Shown here piece after piece: positions 9,057 to 19,104 of a stretch of DNA of 64,000 nucleotides. Source of the stretch: Nannocystales bacterium (GTDB taxonomy: Bacteria; Myxococcota_A; Polyangia; Nannocystales; Nannocystaceae); NCBI GenBank assembly GCA_050633305.1, contig JBOEGF010000018.1, positions 1 through 64,000 on the forward strand, given 5' to 3'. Positions within the stretch are counted from its first letter, which is position 1. Each line of letters begins with the position of its first letter. The notes under the pieces were generated by a model. It made no database searches and had not been told where the DNA came from. It saw only the letters and a program-made list of their open reading frames with translations. The position numbers and the translations under genes were made by a program.

Positions 9057-9995
9057 ATGACTCGACATCTTCGCAGCCTGCTCGATCTCGACGCCGACGA
9101 AACCACCCGCCTGCTCGACCTGGCGATTGCGGTGAAGAGCGAACCCGCAAAGTACCGGACGGCGCTCGACGGAAAGTCGATCGCGATGATCTTCGCGAAG
9201 CAATCCACCCGGACGCGGATCTCGTTTGAGGTCGGGATCTCTCAGCTCGGGGCAACGCCGCTCGCGCTGAGCAGCTCGGGTGGGACGGGCATGCAGATGG
9301 GCCGTGGCGAGACGGTGCATGACACGGCCAAGGTGCTCTCGCGGTTCGTGGATGCGATCGTGATCCGAACCTACGGACAGGACCAGGTCGACGGCTTGGC
9401 GGAGCACGGTTCGATCCCGGTGATCAACGCACTGACGGACCTGTATCACCCGTGCCAGGCGCTCGCCGATCTCCAAACCGTTCGCGAACACCTCGGTGCG
9501 ACGAAGGGGAAGAAGCTCGTGTACCTGGGCGCCGGCAACAATGTGGCGCACTCGCTGATGCTGGCAGGCCCTCGTGCGGGCATGGACGTGGTGGTGGGTT
9601 GTCCCGATTCGTTGCGGCCGGATCAGAAGGTGTTGGAGCGGGCGCGTGCCGACGCCAACAAGTACGGCACCCGGGTCGCGGTGGAGACCGATGTGGATGC
9701 GGCGGTCAAGGGCGCCGACGTGGTCTACACCGACACGTGGGTCAGCATGGGCGAAGAGGAGGAGGCCAAGCGGTTGATCGAAATCCTCCGACCGTTCTCG
9801 GTCACGCCCGAGTTGATGGGCAAGACGGGCAAGGACAAGAGTATCTTCATGCACTGCTTGCCCGCACACCGCGGCGAAGAGGTGGTCGACGACGTGATGG
9901 ACGGGACGTGGTCGGTGGTGTTCGATCAGGCGGAGAACCGTCTGCACGCTCAGAAGGCGTTGCTGCTGCTCCTGCTTGGCGCCGAGTCGTTTTAG
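9057..9995 (+). CDS. argF: Ornithine carbamoyltransferase
   Basis: STRTR, HPCQ, DTWVSMG, HCLP and QAENR motifs. Confidence 0.95.
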   Translation: MTRHLRSLLDLDADETTRLLDLAIAVKSEPAKYRTALDGKSIAMIFAKQSTRTRISFEVGISQLGATPLALSSSGGTGMQMGRGETVHDTAKVLSRFVDAIVIRTYGQDQVDGLAEHGSIPVINALTDLYHPCQALADLQTVREHLGATKGKKLVYLGAGNNVAHSLMLAGPRAGMDVVVGCPDSLRPDQKVLERARADANKYGTRVAVETDVDAAVKGADVVYTDTWVSMGEEEEAKRLIEILRPFSVTPELMGKTGKDKSIFMHCLPAHRGEEVVDDVMDGTWSVVFDQAENRLHAQKALLLLLLGAESF

Positions 9996-11608
9996 TCCCC
10001 GAAGGCTCGAACCCATTCGAAGCCATCGGGGAGGGCGTCTGCCCAGGCCTGCAAGGGCTCGCGAAGCAAGCGCCAGAGTGCAGCCAGATCGGGCAGGCCT
10101 GGGTCGTGCTGCCGAATGACCTCGGCAAACGAGCGGATCACCGGGGCGAGGAGCGGAACGGAGATCGGGTCATTGCCGTGCCGGGGCGCAATGGCGTTGA
10201 CGTGGGTGGACGCGGTGCGAATGAGTGTTGGGGCGCTGGGGTCGAGCGGTTCGACGAGCAGGAAGAGCGACGAGCCGCGCACGGGCACGTCTCCCTCGGT
10301 GCTCGCTTGTGCGGCGTCTCGGTCCAGTACGCGCAGATGCACCCCGATGAAGTCGAGGTACTCGGGCGTGGCCTGTAGGGTCGTGCCGTCGGTCTTGGCC
10401 GACCTTGCGTCCACGCGGGCGTCGAGGGCGAGATTGGAGACGAGGCCCGAGGTCAGAAGGATGAAGGCTTTCTGAGGCTGCAATCGCTCGCCATCGGCAT
10501 CGAGAATGCGCTTGCTCTCCCAAAAGTAGTCGTCTCGGAACGCGTTCTGTCGGTAGTAGAATCGAACCATCCGTAGCAGGTCGTCGAACATCTCTCGGTG
10601 CTTGCCGAGGTAGTACTCGCAGGCTTGCTCCGAGGTCCGAGCGCCGCGTAACTCGTCGTGGGCACACTGGGCCGCGAGCCAGCCGCTGTGAAGGGCCAGC
10701 ATGACCCCGGTGGACAGGACAGGGTCGATGAATCCCGCGGCGTCGCCGATCGCGTACCAGCCCGCGCCGGCCGGGCGTCGGCTGCGGTAGCTCCAGTCGC
10801 GTTCGGCACGAATCTCGGACTCGCGTTGGGCGGTGGGTCCAAGGGCCGAGATCAGCTCTGGGCAACCCGCGACCAACGCGTCGTAGTCGGGGCGCGGGGC
10901 CGATCGTCGGCCTGCGGAGTCGAGTTGGACGACACCGACCGACGCGCGTCCGTTCGCCAGAGGGAACATCCAGAACCACTGCTGTTCTTGGGCGACGAAG
11001 AACGCCTGCTCCTGGCGAGGCGAGGGCAGGCCCGAGGTCCCCCGAAAGTGTGCCCACAGCGCTTGGTGTTTGAGCCCGTCGATGTGGTCGCGCGGGGCAT
11101 GAGCACGGGACACGAGTCCGGACTGCCCAGATGCGTCGATCACCACGCTCGCATGAGTCTCGTGTTCGACTCCGGTGTCGCGGTCTTGCCAGCGTACGCC
11201 GCAGATGCGCCCTTCGTGTTCGAGGACCGCGCGCACCGGCGCGCGGCTGTGGGCCTTGGCACCGACGGACCCGGCGTGCTCGAACAGTAGTGCATCGAAG
11301 CGAGCGCGCTCGACGAACCATGCGTGGTCATACGCGTCGCTGTCGGCGAACCAGAGGTCCCAGCGTGGGGTTCGCCCCCAGTCGACCAGCGTGCTTCCGG
11401 TCTTCCGCGCAAAACCGGCGGCCTCAACCTTGGGCAACGCCCCGATGTCGTCGAGGATCGGGATGATACCCGGCAGGAGGCTCTCGCCGACGTGTGGACG
11501 AGGGTGCTCGGAGGCCTCGAGCAGCAGGACGTCGTGCCCGTGACGAGCAACAGCGGCGGCGGCGGTACTCCCCGCGGGCCCACCTCCAATCACGATGACA
11601 TCGGTCAT
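9992..11608 (-). CDS. Flavin-dependent halogenase-like oxidoreductase with C-terminal extension
   Basis: GGGPAG, GESLLP, FARKTG (conserved Lys position), WFWMFP, GDAAGFIDPVLSTG. Confidence 0.85.
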   Translation of the reverse strand: MTDVIVIGGGPAGSTAAAAVARHGHDVLLLEASEHPRPHVGESLLPGIIPILDDIGALPKVEAAGFARKTGSTLVDWGRTPRWDLWFADSDAYDHAWFVERARFDALLFEHAGSVGAKAHSRAPVRAVLEHEGRICGVRWQDRDTGVEHETHASVVIDASGQSGLVSRAHAPRDHIDGLKHQALWAHFRGTSGLPSPRQEQAFFVAQEQQWFWMFPLANGRASVGVVQLDSAGRRSAPRPDYDALVAGCPELISALGPTAQRESEIRAERDWSYRSRRPAGAGWYAIGDAAGFIDPVLSTGVMLALHSGWLAAQCAHDELRGARTSEQACEYYLGKHREMFDDLLRMVRFYYRQNAFRDDYFWESKRILDADGERLQPQKAFILLTSGLVSNLALDARVDARSAKTDGTTLQATPEYLDFIGVHLRVLDRDAAQASTEGDVPVRGSSLFLLVEPLDPSAPTLIRTASTHVNAIAPRHGNDPISVPLLAPVIRSFAEVIRQHDPGLPDLAALWRLLREPLQAWADALPDGFEWVRAFGD

Positions 11609-12738
11609 GCGTCACCTCGAAGCTCGGGCGGAAGCTCGCCGTGCCACTGCGGCACCCCTCTTCGGTCGAGTGCCGAGGCGAGGGCGGCGAAGCGTTCGCG
11701 CTGCCACGAGTCTTCGGCGCAACCGCGATAGGCCTCGGACTCGAACAGTAGGCCGGCGTCGTTGGTGCCCTGCAAGCCGCCCATGCTGACGGATTGAACG
11801 TGGGTGGCCAAGATATCGGCCAGAGCCTCGACGGGCCCCGGAAGCATGGGTTGCACGACGGCCATCGTCGCAACGCCCAGCGCTGAGAATCGCTCGAGGA
11901 CCGCAAGCCGGGTGGGCAGAGGGGCGGCTCGCGGTTCGAAATGGCTGAGGACCTCGGCGGAGGCCGAGGGCAGCGAGACCCCGACGCGAGCGGCTGGGAG
12001 TGAGGCGATGCGCTCGGCATCTTGGAGGATGTCTCCCGAGCGGGTGAGCAGCATGGTGGTGAATCCCGCAGGAGCTTCCGCGAGCACGTCGAGGCACTGC
12101 CGCGTGAGTCGATAGCGTTGCTCGAGTGCCTGGTATGGATCGGAGACGATCGGGCAGAACTTGATCGGCCCAGGTTTTGCCGCGGCGAGTTCCGTGCGCA
12201 AGACCTCCGCGGCGTCAACACGGACATCGACGTAGCTGCCCCACGGAACCTGCGGCAACCCCATCATGGCGCGCGCGGGAGAGAGTCGTGTCTGCGCGTA
12301 GCAGTAGCGACAACCGATCGTACATCCGAGGTAGGGGCTGAGGGTGTAGTGGCTTTCGGGCCCGAGCGACCGCCACTCCAGCATGCGGTGCGCACGGACC
12401 TCACGGACGCGGGGGGCCAAAGCGGCATCGGGAACGCGAGGGGGGTCGAGCGAAAGTCGCACTGCGACCGCGTGGCACAGCGCCAACCCCAGCGCAGCAT
12501 CGACTGGCGCGTCGGACGTCCCCGCGCGGTAGCTCAGCGCCCAAGGTCCCGACTCCACCGCGAAGCGCGGCATGTGCTCTCGGCGGGCGACCTCGACCGC
12601 GACAGGTCCCGACGGGGCTTCGAAGCACAATCGGGGACCCAGCTCGGTAGACGCGCCGACGAACCGCACCTGGGGCATGACTTCGTCGCCGACTTCGAGT
12701 GGCTGTACGAGCGCATGCAGGTACGCGCGTAGGTCCAT
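11605..12738 (-). CDS. Radical SAM protein (spore photoproduct lyase-like family) with N-terminal extension
   Basis: SPYLGCTIGCRYCYA CxxxCxxC, SDPYQALE, FEPRAA. Its stop overlaps the halogenase start (ATGA). Confidence 0.85.
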   Translation of the reverse strand: MDLRAYLHALVQPLEVGDEVMPQVRFVGASTELGPRLCFEAPSGPVAVEVARREHMPRFAVESGPWALSYRAGTSDAPVDAALGLALCHAVAVRLSLDPPRVPDAALAPRVREVRAHRMLEWRSLGPESHYTLSPYLGCTIGCRYCYAQTRLSPARAMMGLPQVPWGSYVDVRVDAAEVLRTELAAAKPGPIKFCPIVSDPYQALEQRYRLTRQCLDVLAEAPAGFTTMLLTRSGDILQDAERIASLPAARVGVSLPSASAEVLSHFEPRAAPLPTRLAVLERFSALGVATMAVVQPMLPGPVEALADILATHVQSVSMGGLQGTNDAGLLFESEAYRGCAEDSWQRERFAALASALDRRGVPQWHGELPPELRGDA

Positions 12739-12869
12739 GGGGAGAGCGTACCGCGGGCGGAGCTCGGCAGCCCGACGCGATCGCGCGGGGGAGCCAAGCC
12801 TGGGGCTGAGCCAAAGAATGGCCCTTGTGGATTGTTTGACCCCGTGTGCGCGTAGTCTGAGGCGTCGAG

Positions 12870-13409
12870 GTGGCGGGTCTTGGACACATCGCGGTCGGGC
12901 TGGCGGCGGGACGGTTCCTTTCGAGCCGTCAGGGGGTCCGGTTGGGGTTCGCGGGCGCAGCTCTTGGACTCACGGCGCTCTCGATGGCGCCCGACCTCGA
13001 TGTGGTCGGGTTCGCGCTCGGGATCCCGTACGAGGCCCCGCTTGGTCACCGTGGGGCCTCACACGCGGTCGCGACTGCGCTGCTGCTGGCCGGGGTGTTG
13101 GCCTCGCTTCCGAGGCGGGCAGGCGCATCGCGCCCGATGCTGTTCACGCTCGTCCTCGGGGTGGTCGTTTCACACGGCTTGCTCGACACGCTGACCGATG
13201 GCGGGCACGGCATCGCCTTGCTGTGGCCCCTCGACAACACGCGGTACTTCGCGCCCTGGCGGCCGATTCCGGTCTCGCCCATCGGTCGGGGATTGCTGTC
13301 GGCCCGCGGAGCCACGGTGATGCTCGCCGAGTTGGTCGGGTTTGCACCGTTATGGGTGTGGGCCCTGTGGCCGCGTGGAGGACCGCGGTCGCGCTTGAAC
13401 AACGAATAG
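12870..13409 (+). CDS. YdjM-like membrane metal-dependent hydrolase
   Basis: GH, PDLD, HRGASH, SHGLLD and RYFAPWRPIPVSP motifs. Confidence 0.88.
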   Translation: MAGLGHIAVGLAAGRFLSSRQGVRLGFAGAALGLTALSMAPDLDVVGFALGIPYEAPLGHRGASHAVATALLLAGVLASLPRRAGASRPMLFTLVLGVVVSHGLLDTLTDGGHGIALLWPLDNTRYFAPWRPIPVSPIGRGLLSARGATVMLAELVGFAPLWVWALWPRGGPRSRLNNE

Positions 13410-13579
13410 GGGACGTAGAGGCTCGTTCCGGGCGGGACAGGAGGACGCTGCGTCTCTCCGGCCGCACCGACCGATGGATCAGGGCAAGGCCTGCATCGGG
13501 GTGTTGGGCGAACCTGGGGCAATGTCCAAAGAATGCTCAAGGGGTTGGTTCGCGGCGAGACTTCCGATACTCCTGCGCC

Positions 13580-14755
13580 ATGCATAGCCCTCTCCGCGTG
13601 TCAGGAAGTCTCGCGTTTCTCACCTTCAGTCTCAGTCTCGGCCTCAGCGGCTGCAAGGAAGAGAAGACCGGGGTCAACGGCTTCGTCGATGGCTTCTCCC
13701 GCCGAGTTTGCGACGCCGTGGTGGAGTGCGACTGTGAGTATCCCGGCGGCACCAACTACGATCACTGCCTGCAGCAGCTCGGTGTCGGTTCATCGACGCT
13801 CGCCGAGCTGAACGACGTCGAGGGACTTCGCTTCGACGGCGACTGTGCCGACCGCCAGATCTCCGAGATTGGTCGGCTGGGGTGTGGTGTGTTCATGGCC
13901 GACCCCGACGCCGAGTGTGAGCGTCCCTGCAAGGTCTGGGTCGGTCCCATGAAGAAGGGGGCCACCTGTACATCGGTCAACGGCTACGACAACTGTCACC
14001 AAGGCCTGACCTGCGACGGCGGCGTCTGTGTCGACCCTTGCGAAGAGCCCGACCTCCCGGCCATCGGAGAACCGTGTTCCACGCAATTCGGATGCGAGGA
14101 GAGCGCGTGGTGCGACGACGTGGCCGCGCCGCTCCTGCCCGTGTGTGCCGCGCTGCCCGTGGCAGGCGAGGCCTGTCTCGGTGCCGAGCAGGGATACGCC
14201 TGTGATGTCGACCTGATGTGCGACACCTCTGACCTCGACGCTCCCGTCTGCGTGGCACCGCCCGGTATCGGAGAAGAGTGTCCCGTGGGGGCATGTGCTC
14301 CTGACCTCTACTGCGAGGTCACCGCGATGCCCCCCGTGTGTACCGCGGTGCCGGGTCTCGGAGACCTCTGCCCTCAGGGGCAGTGCACCGCTCCCAACCT
14401 GTGTGAAGGCGGCGTCTGCGTCGAGCCGCGCCCGCAGGTCTGCGGGCTCTACTCCGGTGTGCCCGAAGGGCTCGACCCGACGGCAGGTGGCACGGGTGTC
14501 GACCCGACCGTGGGTGGCACTGGCATCGACCCGACCGTGGGGGAAACCGATGGACCGGGAACCGGAGGCTTCGAAACCCAGGGCGCCGAGACTGGGTTTG
14601 GCGGAAACAGCTGCTGCGTGCCGAGCGGCAGCCCGGCTTGCGACGACGTCGAGGTCGCCGCTTGCGTCTGTCAGGTCGACACGGCCTGCTGCACCGACGC
14701 TTGGACGCAGGACTGCGTGGATGCTGTCACCACGTTCGAGTGCGGCGGCTGCTAA
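13580..14755 (+). CDS. Cys-rich lipoprotein
   Basis: MHSPLRV...LGLSGC lipobox, repeated GExC modules, C-terminal CC..C..CVC..D..CC..W..C module. Confidence 0.8.
   Translation: MHSPLRVSGSLAFLTFSLSLGLSGCKEEKTGVNGFVDGFSRRVCDAVVECDCEYPGGTNYDHCLQQLGVGSSTLAELNDVEGLRFDGDCADRQISEIGRLGCGVFMADPDAECERPCKVWVGPMKKGATCTSVNGYDNCHQGLTCDGGVCVDPCEEPDLPAIGEPCSTQFGCEESAWCDDVAAPLLPVCAALPVAGEACLGAEQGYACDVDLMCDTSDLDAPVCVAPPGIGEECPVGACAPDLYCEVTAMPPVCTAVPGLGDLCPQGQCTAPNLCEGGVCVEPRPQVCGLYSGVPEGLDPTAGGTGVDPTVGGTGIDPTVGETDGPGTGGFETQGAETGFGGNSCCVPSGSPACDDVEVAACVCQVDTACCTDAWTQDCVDAVTTFECGGC
14472..14542 (+). repeat. 27-nt coding tandem repeat (DPT[AV]GGTG[VI], about 2.6 copies)
   Basis: tcgacccgac recurs at 14472, 14499 and 14526. 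Confidence 0.8.
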
Positions 14756-14767
14756 GAAGCTGCGGGC

Positions 14768-16432
14768 TCACGCCGGTGGGGTGGCGCGTTCAATGAGGAG
14801 CGCCTCATCGATGCCGGTTGGGAGCGTGCCGTAGGCGGCGCCGCCTTGGGTCTGCAGACGTGCTTGTACGAATGCGTCTGCGACCGCCGTGGGCGCGTGC
14901 TTGCGGAGCAGTGAGGCCTGCAGGAGCAACGCCAGGTCTTCTGTGAGCCGCCTTGCCCGAGGCTCGAGCGAACCTTGGTCGGCGAGCATCGCCTTGACCT
15001 CACTCAGTTTGGCGGTGATGTCGGGGTCCCCGGGTGCCGCATCCTCGACCTCGGAGACGAAGACGTCGAAACAACCTGGATCGCGGTGAAGTGCGCGAAG
15101 GACGTCCAGGCAGATTACGTTGCCCGAGCCCTCCCAGATGCTGTTGAGCGGTGACTCGCGGAACAGCCGAGGCATGACGGACTCCTCGATGTAGCCGGCG
15201 CCGCCATGGCACTCGAGGCACTCGTACACGAGCTGCGGACAGCGTTTGTTTGTCCAGAACTTGTTGACGGCCGTCGCGAGCCGGCCGAACCGGGCTTGGT
15301 CTTCGTCGGCGCTCTCGTCGAAGGAACGCGCGATACGAAAGGACATCGCGGTGCAGCCTTCGAGGTCGAGCGCGACATCGGCGAGGACGTTGCGCATGAG
15401 CGGTTGCTCGATGAGCGGCTTGCCGAATGCGGCGCGGTGACGGACATGGTGTACAGCGCGTGTCAGGGCTTGGCGCATCATTCCAACCGGTGTGCAGCCG
15501 GCGTCCAGACGCGTGTGGTGGACCATGGCGACGATGGTGCGGACGCCCTTGCCCTCCTCACCCACCATCTGAGCCCAGGCGTCGTGGTACTCGATTTCGC
15601 TGCTGGCGTTGCTGCGGTTACCCAGCTTGTTCTTGAGCCGCTGCACGAAGATGGCGTTACGGGTACCGTCGGGACGGAAGCGGGGCACGAGAAAGCACGA
15701 GAGCCCGCGTTCGGTGTTGGCCAAGGTCAAGAAGGCGTCGGACATCGGTGCCGAGCAGAACCACTTGTGCCCCGTCAGCGAGTATTCGCCTCCGGGGCCG
15801 CCGGCACCCAGCGGGCGGGCCACGGTGCTGTTGGCCCGGACATCCGAGCCGCCTTGCTTCTCGGTCATTGCCATACCGAAGGTCACTCCGCGCTTCTGCT
15901 CCGCGGGGATCATCCTCGGGTCGTACTCACCGCTGAGGACCCGCGGAAGCCAAACCTTGGCCACGTCGGGCTGGTTCATCAAGGCGGGAACGACCGCGTA
16001 GGTCATGCTAACGGGACACAAGACGCCTGCCTCGACTTGCGTCATGAGGTACATCATCGCGGTTCGGGCCACGTTCGCCCCCGGCTTGGGTTCTTTCCAG
16101 GGCAGGGTCGGAAGTTGATGCCGCGCGGCGAGGTCCATGAGCTCGTGATACGCGGGGTGAAACTCGACTTCGTCGATGCGATGTCCGAACCGGTCGAACG
16201 TCTGGAGCTCGGGTGCGTGTTTGTTGGCGAGGTGGCCCCGATGGAACATCTCCGGCGTACCGAGCTCGGTCCCGAGGGCGATGAGGCGGTCCTCCGACCA
16301 TCCACCTCCTTCGCGCGTGACCGCTTCGCGTAGCGGGAGATCTGCGCTGTACAGGTCGAATGCGGGGAGCTCGGGTGCCTGGTTCTCGACCTGGTGTGTG
16401 GGGAGGACGATGTGTGGGGCGTGAGAGGTCAT
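14768..16432 (-). CDS. AidB-like acyl-CoA dehydrogenase
   Basis: HQVENQ, FHPAYH, MAMTEKQGGSDV, GHKWFCSAP, NSIWEGSGNVICLD. Confidence 0.9.
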   Translation of the reverse strand: MTSHAPHIVLPTHQVENQAPELPAFDLYSADLPLREAVTREGGGWSEDRLIALGTELGTPEMFHRGHLANKHAPELQTFDRFGHRIDEVEFHPAYHELMDLAARHQLPTLPWKEPKPGANVARTAMMYLMTQVEAGVLCPVSMTYAVVPALMNQPDVAKVWLPRVLSGEYDPRMIPAEQKRGVTFGMAMTEKQGGSDVRANSTVARPLGAGGPGGEYSLTGHKWFCSAPMSDAFLTLANTERGLSCFLVPRFRPDGTRNAIFVQRLKNKLGNRSNASSEIEYHDAWAQMVGEEGKGVRTIVAMVHHTRLDAGCTPVGMMRQALTRAVHHVRHRAAFGKPLIEQPLMRNVLADVALDLEGCTAMSFRIARSFDESADEDQARFGRLATAVNKFWTNKRCPQLVYECLECHGGAGYIEESVMPRLFRESPLNSIWEGSGNVICLDVLRALHRDPGCFDVFVSEVEDAAPGDPDITAKLSEVKAMLADQGSLEPRARRLTEDLALLLQASLLRKHAPTAVADAFVQARLQTQGGAAYGTLPTGIDEALLIERATPPA

Positions 16433-17049
16433 GGCTGTACGCTCGGGGTGACGGCTTGCAGGCAGAAGTGAGTGAGGTCTGCGACGAGCCTGTGTGCGGC
16501 GTCGGGTTCGTGAGTGTCTTCAGGGGACAGAGGACCGACGAGTGCCTCGGCCAGCGCTCCGACAATCGCGGCGGCGGCGACATCGAGGCTGGGCAACGAG
16601 AACTCGCCTTGCTGACAGCCCCGGACCAGGATCGTGCGGAGGACGTCGACGTAGGCGCGTCGAAGCCGGAGCCGGGCTGCTTCGACTTCGGGGATGACCG
16701 GTTCTGCGATCAGGGCATACGCAAGCGTTCGACCCTCGAGCGCACGAGATGCCCAGGTACGGACGGCGGCTCGGAGCGCTTCGCTCGCGCTCGGGTGCCC
16801 CTGTGCGGCGTCGGCCATCATCTGCACCTCGTGACTCGACGCGCGGGTGAACACCTCGACGAAGAGTTCGGCCTTGGAGGGAAAATGCCGGTAGACCGAG
16901 CCGGTCGCGATGCCGGCTCGTGACGCGACGGCTTGAATCGATGCATTGGCGAAACCGCCCTCGGCGACCAAGCCGCGGGCAGCTTGGAGCAGCAGATCCC
17001 GCTGGGCCCGCTGACGGGCTTGCGTTTTGGGTGTGGCCCGATACACCAT
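16429..17049 (-). CDS. TetR-family regulator
   Basis: HTH ASIQAVASRAGIATGSVYRHFPSK. Overlaps the start of the acyl-CoA dehydrogenase. Confidence 0.92.
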   Translation of the reverse strand: MVYRATPKTQARQRAQRDLLLQAARGLVAEGGFANASIQAVASRAGIATGSVYRHFPSKAELFVEVFTRASSHEVQMMADAAQGHPSASEALRAAVRTWASRALEGRTLAYALIAEPVIPEVEAARLRLRRAYVDVLRTILVRGCQQGEFSLPSLDVAAAAIVGALAEALVGPLSPEDTHEPDAAHRLVADLTHFCLQAVTPSVQP

Positions 17050-17061
17050 CGCTGCCCAAGG

Positions 17062-17079
17062 AGTGAATCACAGTTCATT
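17062..17079. promoter_or_regulatory. Candidate TetR operator
   Basis: Imperfect palindrome aGTGAAtcacagTTCATt just upstream of the TetR start. Confidence 0.4.
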
Positions 17080-17106
17080 TCTTGAGGCAAATCGCGGTCA
17101 TCGCTT

Positions 17107-17916
17107 GTGAATTCAGGTCCGGTGGCCGATCTTGTTCGGGTGCGAGGCGTCGTTGGGCTGTTCGCTTTTGCCCTGGTTGGCTGCAGCTTCGAGAGTGGGG
17201 CATCGCAGCCGCAGCCGTTCGAAAATGCAGAAACGGGGGAGTCCGCGGCGCCCACGACTGGGGCCGATTCGACCACCGGCGCCGCTGAGGGCAGCGGGTC
17301 GACGTCGCAAGGGGGGTCCGGCCCGACGAGCCAGGAGGCGTCGGGGGCCGAGACAGCGCCTCCGATGTCAACATCGACGTCGGCAGGCGAGACGACGGGC
17401 GACACGAGCTCCGCGTCCTCCGGTTCGGCGCCCGTCGATTGCACGATTCCGATCACGCTCACGCAAAGCGCTGCGGACGCGACGCTGTTCGAGCCGATGC
17501 AGCTCGGGACGTTTCAAGGGTCCGAGTATGCATTCTCTCCAAACGAAGGCGCCGGGGCGGTCCGCTTCACCTTTGATGTCGCTTGTCCGTCGACGTACCG
17601 ATTGTTCGGCCGTGTCCGCGACGACGATCCGGGCACCCACGGGTGCTGTGACCCCGACTCGTTCAATGTCGAAGGTCCGGGAAACCTCCAGCACACCTGG
17701 TTCTACGGCTGTGACACCCAGTTCGCGGGGTGGTCGTGGGCTCGAGTCGAGGCCGGGGAAAACGCGTTCGACTGTGGCGAGACGGTTGGGGTCACAGTGC
17801 CGCTATCGGCGGGTTCTCACGACTTCACGCTCCGGAATCGAGAGCCGGCTGAGGGTGGCGCCCATGCGGGCATCTCCGAACTCGTGCTCACCAACGACCC
17901 GAGCTACGCACCGTAA
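17107..17916 (+). CDS. Lipoprotein with Ser/Thr linker and beta-sandwich-like C-domain
   Basis: LVGC lipobox; YRLFGRV..DSF..LSAGSHDFTLRNRE..LTNDP. Start uncertain. Confidence 0.7.
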   Translation: MNSGPVADLVRVRGVVGLFAFALVGCSFESGASQPQPFENAETGESAAPTTGADSTTGAAEGSGSTSQGGSGPTSQEASGAETAPPMSTSTSAGETTGDTSSASSGSAPVDCTIPITLTQSAADATLFEPMQLGTFQGSEYAFSPNEGAGAVRFTFDVACPSTYRLFGRVRDDDPGTHGCCDPDSFNVEGPGNLQHTWFYGCDTQFAGWSWARVEAGENAFDCGETVGVTVPLSAGSHDFTLRNREPAEGGAHAGISELVLTNDPSYAP

Positions 17917-18038
17917 GTCCTCGCAACCGGCGTGGGCTCCGAGATCGACTCCGTTTGGAACCCTCGGACCCTTCGCCCGTTTCAACTTCTTGGGTGACCG
18001 ATCACGGAACCAACAGCAGCCGGCCAACGTGTGGTTCG

Positions 18039-19088
18039 ATGTCCGCGCAAGAGCCGGAACTCGGGCGGATCGTTCGCGACTACTCCAGCATGGTGCAAGG
18101 GGCGTTGCTCCGATTGGGCGTGGGTCCGCATCAGCTTGAAGACGCGGCCCAGGAGGTGTTCTTGGTGTTGTCTCGACGCTTCGAAGAGTTCGACACCCAG
18201 CGTTCGCTGGCGAGTTGGCTGTGGGGAATTGCGCGAGGTGTGGCCTCCACCCATCGACGGTCGCTAAGGCGGAGACGCCGGTTGGCGAACTCGGTGTCTG
18301 CGGAACCTCGGCGCGAGCAAGTCTCCCTCGACGACACCATCGCGCAGAAGCAGGCGCGGGACATGTTGCGGGCGTTCCTCGCCTCGCTCGACGAAGACAA
18401 GTGCGCGGTGTTCGTGCTTGCGGAGATCGAAGGCTGCTCGGGCCCTGAGATCGCGGCGCGTCTGGACGTCAACCTCAACACCGTGTACGCACGCCTCCGA
18501 GCCGCGCGCCGCCGATTCGACTCCGCGGCTGAGGAACATCGGCAACGCGCAGCGGTCGCTTCGGCCTGGTTTGGCCTTCGTCTTGGTATGCCCAAGGTCG
18601 CGACCGCATCGCTGTCCACGGTGATGGCCGCGGCGGTGGTCGTGCCCTCGATGGACACGGTCCTCGACCCTCCGCGTGTTCACGTGCTCGAGGTGTCGCA
18701 TCCGAAGGAGGCGGCCAAACCGGTCGCCGCAACACGGAAACCCTCCAAGCTGGCCAAGGTGCAGGTCGAAAGAGACGCACCGCCCATGCCCAAGACGATT
18801 CCGACCCTCGCCCTCGCTGCAGCCCTGACCGCCCCCGTGGCTGTGCAGGCAAAAGCACCCGCCAAGAAAACCCCGGTCTCAACCAGCGACCAAGACGCGG
18901 ACGATGCCGCACTCGTCGCGAACATGGAAACCCGCGAGTACATCTTCGATGAGGACACGGTCGATGGCGAGGGCCACGGTCCTGCGGGCGAGAACATCAC
19001 CGCACGGGTGAGCGTGCATCACCAGAGCCTCATCCGGATCCGGGGCCACTTCATCTCCGAGCTCATCACGCTCGCGACCGACATCTAG
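18039..19088 (+). CDS. ECF sigma factor with C-terminal CglF/GltF-like domain
   Basis: EDAAQEVFLV..SWLWGIAR and VFVLAEIEG..NTVYARLRAAR. Ends EYIFDEDTVDGEGHGPAGENITAR...SLIRIRGHFISEL. Confidence 0.85.
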   Translation: MSAQEPELGRIVRDYSSMVQGALLRLGVGPHQLEDAAQEVFLVLSRRFEEFDTQRSLASWLWGIARGVASTHRRSLRRRRRLANSVSAEPRREQVSLDDTIAQKQARDMLRAFLASLDEDKCAVFVLAEIEGCSGPEIAARLDVNLNTVYARLRAARRRFDSAAEEHRQRAAVASAWFGLRLGMPKVATASLSTVMAAAVVVPSMDTVLDPPRVHVLEVSHPKEAAKPVAATRKPSKLAKVQVERDAPPMPKTIPTLALAAALTAPVAVQAKAPAKKTPVSTSDQDADDAALVANMETREYIFDEDTVDGEGHGPAGENITARVSVHHQSLIRIRGHFISELITLATDI

Positions 19089-19104
19089 TCGGCTCGACGC
19101 GTCC

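Noticed and set aside
12572..13579. N-terminal part of the 727-aa ORF, and similar long extensions of the ligA, BCCP, argF and KS-like ORFs
   Set aside because: These Arg/Gly-rich readthroughs overlap real genes in other frames. True starts lie downstream.
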